Shown here: positions 50,048 to 59,310 of the stretch, piece after piece
How the letters are laid out: the number at the start of each line of letters is the position of its first letter
Numbering within the stretch: the stretch's first letter is position 1
Assembly (NCBI RefSeq): GCF_039919315.1
Contig: NZ_JBDSFX010000053.1
Span: 1,120-65,119 of the forward strand
Reading direction: 5' to 3'
Length of the DNA stretch: 64,000 bases
From: Dyadobacter sp.
Lineage (GTDB): Bacteria > Bacteroidota > Bacteroidia > Cytophagales > Spirosomataceae
The notes under the pieces: model-generated
The model's input: the letters and a program-made list of their open reading frames with translations, nothing else
Database searches by the model: none
What the model was told of the DNA's origin: nothing
Translations under genes and position numbers: made by a program

Positions 50048-52402
50048 TTACTTCCTGTACGACGAGATCTTGGCGTACAATTCTGCCGGGCTGAAAGGTT
50101 TGCTGACATAATCATTCATGCCGACGGTGAATGCGATGTCCTTAATGTCGAGCATGGCTGATGCTGTGAGCGCAATGATCGGAAGCTCCGCGTATTTGGC
50201 TTCCGGCAATTGCCGGATTCTCAGAGTAGCCTCATAGCCATCCATTTCGGGCATTTGCAAGTCCATCAGTACCAAGTCGTAATCATTCTCCTGCACTTTC
50301 TGAAGAGCGATCAGGCCATTTTCTGCTACGTCATATTCTACCTCCCATTGTTTCATGAAATTCTTCATCAGAAAGACATTGATCGCGTTGTCTTCCACAA
50401 TGAGAAGCTTCATTCCTTTCAGGCTGAATGTATTTTTAGAGATACCGTTTGTGTGCTCTCCGAGCGGTTTTTGGCCCACCTTAAAAGGCATGCTAAAATA
50501 AAAAACGGAGCCTTTTCCCTGCTCGCTCGTCACGTGGATGCTGATTTGCTGTAATTCCAGCAGTTTTTTGGTGATAGTAAGCCCCAGGCCGGAGCCGCCG
50601 TATTTTCGGGTCGTATCAGAAGTGGCCTGTGTGAAGCTGTCAAATATATTTTCAAGCTTTTCCTTAGGAATACCTATACCGGTATCTTCCACTTTGAAAT
50701 CAATAGTAACCGTCTCATTTTCACGTTTTGAGATGGAGGCAGAAATGGTCACCTTACCCTTTTCGGTAAACTTAACGGCATTGCTCACCAGGTTGGTTAA
50801 TATCTGACCGAGCCGTACGGGATCGCCTATCACCACCATGTTGAGATCTATATCAACGATCAGTTTGAGGTTGATCCCCTTTTCATTCGCTTTTTGCAGC
50901 ACGCCAGAGCGAATATTTTCAAGTAAAAGAAGGATATTGAAATCCACCTCTTCAAACTCGATTTTGCCAGCTTCAATTTTACTGAAATCGAGAATGTCGT
51001 TGATCAGGACGAGCAGGTTTTCTGCGGAGAATTTGAGAATGTTCAGAAATTCCATTTGCTCAGGTTTCGGGTCCTGCTGCAAAAGAAGGTGTGTAAAGCC
51101 GATCACCGCATTCATGGGTGTACGGATTTCATGACTCATCGTGGAAAGAAACTGCGACTTGGCGACCGCAGCCATTTCAGCCTCTTCCTTTGCTTTGATC
51201 AGTTCTGCCTCAGTTTTTTTGTGTGTATCAATGTCCATGATCGCACCATACAGCTTCACAACCCTTCCGGCTTGATCCAAAAAAGGCTTTCCTATGGCAT
51301 GGATAAACTTGATTTTACCGTCGGGCAGTACGATCCGCAGGTCAAAACTTGCCGGGTTGAGGTGGTTGATCGCGTCCTTAATGTGTGATTTGTAGAGGTG
51401 CAGATCATCCGGGTGGATCATCTTGGAAAACAGCTCCGTGTCAGGGCCGCCGCTGTCGGGTTCCAGGCCGAATATCCTGAAAGCCTCATCGGACCAGTAA
51501 TTTTGCCCGGTAATGAGGTCAGCCTCCCAGCTACCTGAGTGGGTAAGCTGCTGCGATTCTGCCAGCATGGCTTCATTGCGGCGGATCACCTCTTCGGCGC
51601 GTTTTCTGTGGCTGATATCGTGCCATACCACCAGCAGTATTTTTTTGTTACTGATCAGTACCGGGTTCAAAGTAACCTCTACAGGAAACTCCTCCCCATT
51701 CATTTTTTTATGGATCCATTCAAACCGGTTGTACCCCGTTTCGTAGGCTATCCGATCCATTTCGGAAGCTTTTTCCGCGGATGTTCTGCCATCGGGCTGA
51801 TACTCGGGAGAGAATCTGGCAGGGTGAATGGACAACAGCTCGCTCTTGTTTTTGCAGAGCAGCATCTTTACGGCCGCCTCATTACAATCCACAATACCGG
51901 TTTCATCCAGCAGCAAATGAGCGTCGGTTGAATATTGAAAGATAACGCTCAGCTTTTCCTCCACGATCTTTCGCTCCGTCAGGTCCTGCAACACACCGTC
52001 CAGCCTTGGGAGCTGGTCCTGATCTATTTTCTGATCGTGTATATCCGAAATCGAACCAACCATACGTTCGGGTTTGCCATTTTCAAACTTGGCTGTACCT
52101 CTGCATTCGAAGTGACGATAACCGTTTTTCTTGGTTTTAAGTCTCACCCTGACCAGGTAGGGCACATTGTTTTCCAACTGCGCTTTGATCGCCTCGGTCA
52201 CAATGATGCGGTCGTCGGGATGAACAAACTTCTCGGTAAATACCCCGTAGCCGGGAGTTATTTCTCCTGGCTCGTACCCCAGCAGTTCGAAAAGACGGTC
52301 GGACCAAACCTGTTTTCCGGTCTGAATCTCCCAATCCCATATTCCGGCGTTGACGCCGGAAATAACCATCTCTAAAGACGCGGGTGCAAATTGGGATTTC
52401 AT
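50048..52402 (-). CDS. Cytoplasmic multi-PAS hybrid histidine kinase
   Basis: GIWDWE, PAS_3 repeats, MSHEIRTPMN, NLVSNAVKFT, GGSGLGL, LMDLQMP. Confidence 0.93.
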   Translation of the reverse strand: MKSQFAPASLEMVISGVNAGIWDWEIQTGKQVWSDRLFELLGYEPGEITPGYGVFTEKFVHPDDRIIVTEAIKAQLENNVPYLVRVRLKTKKNGYRHFECRGTAKFENGKPERMVGSISDIHDQKIDQDQLPRLDGVLQDLTERKIVEEKLSVIFQYSTDAHLLLDETGIVDCNEAAVKMLLCKNKSELLSIHPARFSPEYQPDGRTSAEKASEMDRIAYETGYNRFEWIHKKMNGEEFPVEVTLNPVLISNKKILLVVWHDISHRKRAEEVIRRNEAMLAESQQLTHSGSWEADLITGQNYWSDEAFRIFGLEPDSGGPDTELFSKMIHPDDLHLYKSHIKDAINHLNPASFDLRIVLPDGKIKFIHAIGKPFLDQAGRVVKLYGAIMDIDTHKKTEAELIKAKEEAEMAAVAKSQFLSTMSHEIRTPMNAVIGFTHLLLQQDPKPEQMEFLNILKFSAENLLVLINDILDFSKIEAGKIEFEEVDFNILLLLENIRSGVLQKANEKGINLKLIVDIDLNMVVIGDPVRLGQILTNLVSNAVKFTEKGKVTISASISKRENETVTIDFKVEDTGIGIPKEKLENIFDSFTQATSDTTRKYGGSGLGLTITKKLLELQQISIHVTSEQGKGSVFYFSMPFKVGQKPLGEHTNGISKNTFSLKGMKLLIVEDNAINVFLMKNFMKQWEVEYDVAENGLIALQKVQENDYDLVLMDLQMPEMDGYEATLRIRQLPEAKYAELPIIALTASAMLDIKDIAFTVGMNDYVSKPFSPAELYAKISSYRK

Positions 52403-52597
52403 TGGAAATCAGTTGGATTTATTTCTTTAAATTTAGTATAAATTCGAGTTTCTCATCATCAAATCGGTGCAAGGATTTTACTTCCTGATACATTAAATAT
52501 AAAAAATTATTTTTCGGTTAAATCGTCTTCTCCGATTGTCATGAAAATATGTTTCTTGAAAAAATATTTGCGTGTTAATTTTTAATAAGTTTATTTT

Positions 52598-52616
52598 GTC
52601 TATCATATTTATAGAC
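52598..52616. promoter_or_regulatory. Palindromic operator candidate
   Basis: GTCTAT-CATATTT-ATAGAC perfect 6-7-6 inverted repeat upstream of the sulfatase locus. Confidence 0.55.
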
Positions 52617-52681
52617 TATATGATTTTGTCAGATTAACCACCAGTCAGGCAAAACATGATTTCAAAATTCTTACCGTACCT

Positions 52682-52783
52682 ATGAAAGCGAAAGATTTAC
52701 TTCTCCTTCCGAATGTTTACGCCGGCAAGATGGTGGTTACCGTTTGTTCCCGCCCCATGCCCCCCCGTCGTTCCTGTTGTTGA
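52682..52783 (+). CDS. Putative Cys-rich leader peptide (33 aa)
   Basis: MKAKDLLLLPNVYAGKMVVTVCSRPMPPRRSCC*; ends in TGT TGT TGA; lies in the 5' leader of susC. Confidence 0.55.
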   Translation: MKAKDLLLLPNVYAGKMVVTVCSRPMPPRRSCC

Positions 52784-52989
52784 CCCCGCAAGAAGTCAGT
52801 ATTCAGGTTATCCCGAATTTTAAGGACTGATTCCGAGCCTATGCGCTGTCTTTTCGACCGTGTTTCGTAGGTGATCGTTTGTATAGGCCGTTCATTTGCC
52901 ACTCCGGAAGCGGGGCTGACATGTTGCGTATATATACGATGGTTATCACATTATCCATCCTGCATTATCCATCCTATTGCTCATTAATA

Positions 52990-55900
52990 ATGATTAAGAA
53001 AATTTACTACCTGATTATTTTATCAGGTTCGCTGCTATTCGGCGCTGACTATGCCAGAGCCCAGGACGTCATATCCGGCGTTGTCAAGGACGAATCAGGA
53101 CAGACCTTGCCCGGTGCCACAGTTGTGGAGAAAGGATCTGCCAGATACGCGCTGACGGACGTGGACGGCAAGTTCAGCATCGCTGCTGCCAAAGAATTTC
53201 CATTTACATTACAAATCAACATCACAGGGTTCCAGCAGCAGGAAATTGAGATCTACGAGCTCACTACCGAGGCTGTAGAAATAATCTTGAAGACGGCCAA
53301 CGTGCTCGATGAAGTGGTGGTAATCGGTTATGGTGAACAAAAAAGGAAAGACATTACCGGTTCGGTAGCTTCGGTGCCGATTGAAATAAAAAGCCAGCCG
53401 GTCGCCTCCGTGGAGCGTTTGTTACAAGGCTCAGTAGCGGGAGCCGTGGTTACGCAAACTTCCGGCCAGCCGGGCGGAGGCGTCAGCGTACAGATCCGCG
53501 GGAACAACTCCATTACCGCCGGTAGCGATCCATTGTACGTCATCGACGGTTTTCCGATCAACAATGATTACTCGGTAGCAGATGCTGGTGTAACGGACGG
53601 TTCGAAAATCAACCCGCTGTCTTCCATTAGTACGGCAGATATTGAGAATATCGACGTTTTGAAAGATGCCTCTGCGACTGCAATTTACGGATCTCGCGGT
53701 GCGAATGGCGTTGTGATTATTACCACCAAAAGTGGTACTAAAAACAAGTCTTCTGTCAACTATGACGCCTATTATGGAACTCAGCAGGTTTTAAGAACGA
53801 TTCCATTACTTAATGCGGCTCAATGGTGGCAATTAAGGAAAGATGCAGCTGTCAATTCCGGCAAAACGGCTTCCATTCCGAGCGTAACAGGTTACTCACT
53901 GGACACGACCGGTGCCGGTACCGACTGGCAGGACGCAGCATTCAGAAAAGCGTCCATTCAAAGCCATAACCTGTCCATTCTCTCAGGATCAGACAAAACC
54001 AAGCTGGCGTTTTCAGGTAATTATTTCAAACAAAATGGTATCCTGCAAAACACCAATTTCAGACGTTTATCAGCACGCGTCAATCTGGATCACCAGTATA
54101 ATGACCGTTTCCGCATTTTTACGAGCCTATCGGCCAGTAATACCAAGGCTAATGTAGCTCCTACGGCCATTGTAGGCAATTTGTTGCAAACTCCGCCGGC
54201 GCTACCGGTTTACCAGAATGATGGTTCGTTTGTGATCAACAGCCCATTCGAATCGGCGTTGCAAAACCCGATCAACTCTCTTTACAACCAATTAAACGAA
54301 ACCATTACGAACCGTTTTCTGGGTAACATTTCCGGCGAGTACACCATTGCTGACGGCTTAAAAGCGAAGATTTTGGTCGGTGCGGACATCATTGGTAATA
54401 AGCAAAACCGTTACCTGCCAAGTACCACGGCAGAAGGTCAGGCTTTGAGCGGAGATGCAATAGTAGGTTCAGTATTTACCAGTAACTGGCTGAATGAGAA
54501 CACGATCAGCTATGACAAGGAAATCAATGAAAAGAATAAAATCAATGCGGTAGCAGGTTTCACGGCACAGGTTTCCGAAACCAAAGGTGCGGTTGCAGAA
54601 GCTGCCGGATTCGCAACCGACGCGTTTGAATACAATAACCTGGCAACCGGTATCACCAACATTGCACCACGTTCGCTGGCTAGCAAATGGGCACTTGCAT
54701 CGTATCTGGGCAGGATCAACTACATTTTCGACGAGCGTTACCTGTTTACTTTTACATTACGCGCCGATGGATCCTCCCGTTTTGGCGAGGGTAAAAAATG
54801 GGGATACTTCCCGTCAGCAGCATTTGGCTGGAATGTCAATGAGGAAAAATTCTTTCAGCAGTTCAAAAAAGTCAGTTTGCTGAAACTGCGTTTGAGCGCG
54901 GGAACGACCGGGAATCAGAACATTCCTTCGTACCAGTCACTTTCTCAGCTGAGCTACTTCCGATACAATTTTTCAAACACGACTGTATCAGGTTATGCGC
55001 CTAATACGGTTCCCAATGCGAACCTGGGCTGGGAAAAAACATTCCAGGTTGATGCCGGAATTGACTTGGGCTTGTACAAAAACCGTATCAGCATCATTGC
55101 CGATTATTATTACAAAAGAACGACCGACCTGCTGCTGACCAGGACTGTACCAGGTACTTCGGGCCTCTCCGATTTCTACAATGGTCAGGCGTCTGTGGTG
55201 TACCAGAACATTGGAGAAGTGTCTAACCAGGGATTTGAACTGTATGTCAATTCCCGCAACCTGGAAGGCGCCTTCAAGTGGAATACCATTTTCATTTATT
55301 CTAAAAATACCAACAAGATCCTGAGCCTGGGCGACGGCGTAAACCAGATCATTCCGGTTATTTCCAATCCATCCATTGCGAAGGTAGGTTATCCGCTAGG
55401 TTCATTCATTGTCTATAAAACGGACGGTATCATTCAACACGGCGAAACGCCGCTTACGCCTCAGCAAAACAAAAGCCCGGGTGGACAGAAGTACCAGGAT
55501 ATCAATGGTGACGGCGTGATCACACAGGCTGGTGACCGGGTTGTGATCTCCAATCAGCCAGGGTTTACAACTGGACTCACCAACACATTCAGCTACAAAG
55601 GTTTTGACCTGACAGTTTTCTTCCAGGCGTCCATTGGCGGTAAATTGTACAATGCCAACCGCGCTAACCTCGAACTGGCAACGGGGTATGTGAATGGATC
55701 TGACGTGCTGCTGAACCGGTGGTCTGCTACCAACACCAATACCGAGGTAAAAGCCGCATTCCAGGATCCTGCGATCACTATTTCCGACCGGTTTATCGAA
55801 GACGCGACTTACTATCGTTTGAAAAACCTGTCATTCGGATACACTTTCCCAAAAACGCTGCTTTCGAAGGCAAGGATCGACAATCTGAGGATTTACGTAT

Positions 55901-56049
55901 CGGCGCAGAACCCGAAAACATGGACCAAATACACCGGTTTCGATCCCGAGGTGAGTTTGAACGGCCAATCGCTGATTAACAAAGGCATTGACCAGGGCGT
56001 TTACCCGAATAACAAATCTTACCAGGTCGGATTATCATTAACATTCTGA
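52990..56049 (+). CDS. SusC/RagA TonB-dependent transporter (sulfatase locus)
   Basis: Signal peptide from ATG 52990 (MIKKIYYL...ARAQD); LDEVVVIGYG, DASATAIYGSRGANG, LGWEKT, EDATYYRLKN. Confidence 0.95.
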   Translation: MIKKIYYLIILSGSLLFGADYARAQDVISGVVKDESGQTLPGATVVEKGSARYALTDVDGKFSIAAAKEFPFTLQINITGFQQQEIEIYELTTEAVEIILKTANVLDEVVVIGYGEQKRKDITGSVASVPIEIKSQPVASVERLLQGSVAGAVVTQTSGQPGGGVSVQIRGNNSITAGSDPLYVIDGFPINNDYSVADAGVTDGSKINPLSSISTADIENIDVLKDASATAIYGSRGANGVVIITTKSGTKNKSSVNYDAYYGTQQVLRTIPLLNAAQWWQLRKDAAVNSGKTASIPSVTGYSLDTTGAGTDWQDAAFRKASIQSHNLSILSGSDKTKLAFSGNYFKQNGILQNTNFRRLSARVNLDHQYNDRFRIFTSLSASNTKANVAPTAIVGNLLQTPPALPVYQNDGSFVINSPFESALQNPINSLYNQLNETITNRFLGNISGEYTIADGLKAKILVGADIIGNKQNRYLPSTTAEGQALSGDAIVGSVFTSNWLNENTISYDKEINEKNKINAVAGFTAQVSETKGAVAEAAGFATDAFEYNNLATGITNIAPRSLASKWALASYLGRINYIFDERYLFTFTLRADGSSRFGEGKKWGYFPSAAFGWNVNEEKFFQQFKKVSLLKLRLSAGTTGNQNIPSYQSLSQLSYFRYNFSNTTVSGYAPNTVPNANLGWEKTFQVDAGIDLGLYKNRISIIADYYYKRTTDLLLTRTVPGTSGLSDFYNGQASVVYQNIGEVSNQGFELYVNSRNLEGAFKWNTIFIYSKNTNKILSLGDGVNQIIPVISNPSIAKVGYPLGSFIVYKTDGIIQHGETPLTPQQNKSPGGQKYQDINGDGVITQAGDRVVISNQPGFTTGLTNTFSYKGFDLTVFFQASIGGKLYNANRANLELATGYVNGSDVLLNRWSATNTNTEVKAAFQDPAITISDRFIEDATYYRLKNLSFGYTFPKTLLSKARIDNLRIYVSAQNPKTWTKYTGFDPEVSLNGQSLINKGIDQGVYPNNKSYQVGLSLTF

Positions 56050-57644
56050 TGAAGCCAACATTAATTCCAATGAAAATGAAAGCATTTAAATATATCGTTC
56101 TCGCGATCACCACCATAGCGGCCACTTCCTGCGAAGAGTTCCTGAAAGAGGAGCCGGAAGCTTTTCTCTCAGAAGATCAATATTACAAAACGCAGGCGGA
56201 TGCTATCAATGCAGTTAATGCCGTTTACTTCTTCCTGAATTCGGGAGGTTCGTCCATTCAGACTCCCTACAATACATTGTTCAACACGGGTATGAACATG
56301 GCCAGCGACGACGAAGATCCAGGCCCTGGCGCGACCAACCCGGATGTACGTTCCTTGTCCGTTCAGGCGCATTCGTCGACCAACTTGCGGATTTATGAGC
56401 TTTGGCAGCAACATTATGCGGCCATTAAAAAAGCCAATGTTGTTTTGGAAAAAATTCCTGCGATTGACTTTGATAACACCGTAAAAGCCAGACTGATAGG
56501 CGAAACGAAATTCCTTCGGGCGTTGTATTATTTCAACCTGGTGCGGCTTTACGGCGACATTCCATTGATTTTGGAATACCAAAAATTCGTGAATGCAGCT
56601 GATTACGCCATCGCCAAAACGCCTTCTACGCAGGTCTACGATCAGATTGTGAAGGATTTGACAGAGGCTGCAAGCGTGCTTCCTGCGACTTATGCGTCCC
56701 CGAATATAGGTAGAGCGACTGCCGGTGCTGCCAAAGCATTACTTGCGAAAGTATACCTGACCAAAGCTTCGTTGCCATTGAAAGTGTCTGCAAACTACTC
56801 GGATGCGGTTAGTAAGGCGGAGGAAGTGCTTTCTTCCGCTGATGGCGGAACCGGGACTTATGGTTATGGTTTGGTCAACAATTATGCGGAAGTTTTTCTT
56901 CCGGCTTTTAAAAATAATAAAGAACACATTTTCTCTGCTCAGTTCAAGTCCAATTCTCTGGCGCAGGGAAATAATGAAAGTCCTCGTGCGATACTTTCCG
57001 GGATTCCGGGACTGAGCGGGAATTATGCTCATATGGTGCGCTACTATACGGTGGGCACTGATAAGTTTTTCAGTATTTACAAATTGTTTAAACCTACGGA
57101 TAAGCGTCGGGACGTCACTTTTGTGAGGAATTTCACTAGCCCTACCAATGGACGAAAATATGGATTGAGCATTGCTAATACTGCGGTTCCAAGCGACTCG
57201 ACACCTTTCTGGAACAAATGGTGGGACCCTAATTCTACTGCGGTAACCAACCAGTCGGCTGCTAATGTGCCGATCATTCGTTACTCCGAGCTGCTCTTGA
57301 TCCATGCGGAGGCCGAAAATGAGGTCAATGGCCCGACTGACAAAGCTTACAAATCACTGAACAAAGTCCGTAACCGTGCAGGTTTGCCCAATTTGACTGC
57401 TGGTATCACCAAAGACCAGTTCCGGGATTCATTGTACCTCGACCGTCGTTTGGAACTGGTTTACGAGTACCAGCGCTGGTTTGATCTGATCCGTCAGCGT
57501 GACGCGGCTTATAACGGCACTTTTGTGAAGAACCTGCATAAAGTCGGGAAGACCAATGCTGCACCGAAGCACGCATTTTACCCGATCCCGCAGTCAGAAA
57601 TTGATAACAATGCATTGCTGAAACAAAACCCGCTTTGGGAATAA
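56049..57644 (+). CDS. SusD/RagB lipoprotein
   Basis: Lipobox ATSC, GETKFLRALYYFNLVRLYG, IRYSELLL, RRLELVYE..RWFDL, YPIPQSE; TGATG overlap with susC. Confidence 0.95.
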   Translation: MKPTLIPMKMKAFKYIVLAITTIAATSCEEFLKEEPEAFLSEDQYYKTQADAINAVNAVYFFLNSGGSSIQTPYNTLFNTGMNMASDDEDPGPGATNPDVRSLSVQAHSSTNLRIYELWQQHYAAIKKANVVLEKIPAIDFDNTVKARLIGETKFLRALYYFNLVRLYGDIPLILEYQKFVNAADYAIAKTPSTQVYDQIVKDLTEAASVLPATYASPNIGRATAGAAKALLAKVYLTKASLPLKVSANYSDAVSKAEEVLSSADGGTGTYGYGLVNNYAEVFLPAFKNNKEHIFSAQFKSNSLAQGNNESPRAILSGIPGLSGNYAHMVRYYTVGTDKFFSIYKLFKPTDKRRDVTFVRNFTSPTNGRKYGLSIANTAVPSDSTPFWNKWWDPNSTAVTNQSAANVPIIRYSELLLIHAEAENEVNGPTDKAYKSLNKVRNRAGLPNLTAGITKDQFRDSLYLDRRLELVYEYQRWFDLIRQRDAAYNGTFVKNLHKVGKTNAAPKHAFYPIPQSEIDNNALLKQNPLWE

Positions 57645-57665
57645 TAGCTTTCCTGTGATAGGATC

Positions 57666-59258
57666 ATGATTGATTCGTTGAAAAAAATAGTTGCCTTCCT
57701 GGTATGGATAGTCGCGGTGCTTGTGTATCCGGCTGTCCATGCGCAGGACCAATCCCAAAAACCCAATATCATCCTCATTCTGGCCGACGATTTGGGTTTT
57801 TCGGATCTAGGTAGTTTTGGCTCTGAAATCAAAACACCTAACCTGGATAAACTAGCGGCGAATGGTTTGCGGTTAACACAGTTCTACAACAGCGGTAGAT
57901 GCTGCCCTTCCCGAGCCTCCCTTTTAACGGGACTTTATCCGCATCAGGCTGGGGTAGGGGATATGGTTCAGGACAAAGGTGCGTCGGCATATCAGGGCTA
58001 CCTGAGTGAAAACAGTGTGACGATTGCTCAATTATTGAAAACGGCAGGTTATCATACGATTGTTTCAGGCAAATGGCACGTTGGTCTGGTACCATCCGCA
58101 CTGGCCCACAATCGTGGTTTTGATCATTCATTTACATTACAAAACAATGGCAGCAGTTATTTCAACTCCGAACCACTTTATAACGACGGCCGGAAGGTAA
58201 CATTCCTGCTCAATGGGAAGGAAATTCACCGGCAGGATTCGTCGAAGTACCTTACCCAGGCCATTACCGATTTTGCGATTCAATCATTGGATCAAGTGAA
58301 AAACGATACTAATCCCTTTTTCCTTTATCTGGCCTATAATGCGCCGCATTGGCCGATACAGGCATTGCCGGAAGACATTACCCGCTACAAAGGCAAGTAT
58401 CTGCAAGGCTGGGACTCGGTGAGGGCGGCCAGATTTCAAAAACAGATAGAGCTGGGTATTATTTCAAAAGAGTGGACCCTTTCGGACCGGTATGAAAATG
58501 CGCCCGACTGGAACACGCTATCGAATGCTGAAAAGGAACATTGGGACACCCGTATGGCCATTTATGCCGCTATGGTAGACCGGATGGATCATAGCATAGG
58601 CGAAGTCCTGGCCAAACTAAAACAGCTCAAAAAGGACGAGAATACATTAATCCTCTTCATTTCGGATAACGGCGGAAGTGGCGATACTGTGAAACAATGG
58701 GACTATGTGACCCAAAAAAACGGAGAGCCAGGCTCGGTGGCATCTATCGACAGCTACGATCCGCCCTGGGGCAATGTCAGCAACACACCATTCAAGTTAT
58801 TCAAGAAAAATACACATGAAGGCGGAGTCGCATCACCATTCATCGCCTACTTTCCGGGAACTGTGAAACCGGGTACAATAAGCCACCAGGTAGCGCACCT
58901 CACCGACATTATGCCAACTTTCCTGGATTTGGCCGGGATCAAATATCCATCGGAATTCAATGGTAAACGACTAGTAGCCGCGGAGGGAATTTCATTGAAA
59001 AATTTGTTCAAAAACCCTCAGTTAACAAAGCCAAAGACTATTTTCTGGGAACATGAAGGCAGCCGGGCGGTGCGGCAAAATGACTGGAAACTTGTGGCGG
59101 AAATTAATCAGCCGTGGGAGTTATACAATTTGAAGAAAGACCGCACGGAGACGCACAATCTGGCAAATCAATACCCGGAAAAAGTATTGGAACTACAAAA
59201 GGAATATCTGGAATGGTCGCGGAAAGTGGGTGTGGTGGATTGGAATACGATCAAGTGA
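57666..59258 (+). CDS. Arylsulfatase (formylglycine-dependent S1 family, Cys-type)
   Basis: PNIILILADDLG, CCPSRASLLTG, SGKWHVG, APHWP. Confidence 0.93.
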   Translation: MIDSLKKIVAFLVWIVAVLVYPAVHAQDQSQKPNIILILADDLGFSDLGSFGSEIKTPNLDKLAANGLRLTQFYNSGRCCPSRASLLTGLYPHQAGVGDMVQDKGASAYQGYLSENSVTIAQLLKTAGYHTIVSGKWHVGLVPSALAHNRGFDHSFTLQNNGSSYFNSEPLYNDGRKVTFLLNGKEIHRQDSSKYLTQAITDFAIQSLDQVKNDTNPFFLYLAYNAPHWPIQALPEDITRYKGKYLQGWDSVRAARFQKQIELGIISKEWTLSDRYENAPDWNTLSNAEKEHWDTRMAIYAAMVDRMDHSIGEVLAKLKQLKKDENTLILFISDNGGSGDTVKQWDYVTQKNGEPGSVASIDSYDPPWGNVSNTPFKLFKKNTHEGGVASPFIAYFPGTVKPGTISHQVAHLTDIMPTFLDLAGIKYPSEFNGKRLVAAEGISLKNLFKNPQLTKPKTIFWEHEGSRAVRQNDWKLVAEINQPWELYNLKKDRTETHNLANQYPEKVLELQKEYLEWSRKVGVVDWNTIK

Positions 59259-59310
59259 AAGTTTTAAAACGCAGGAATTTCAAAGTATTGATCATCATAA
59301 ATTATCGATT

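Noticed and set aside
52717-52989. ORF 52717..52902 (-) and the extended susC N-terminus from 52879
   Set aside because: The minus ORF is a shadow of the leader region; the signal peptide begins at ATG 52990.
59230-59310. Extended N-terminus of the second sulfatase; similarly 25375 and 44029 starts
   Set aside because: Downstream ATGs (59311, 25408, 44053) give canonical signal peptides, and the 59230 start would overlap the upstream gene.
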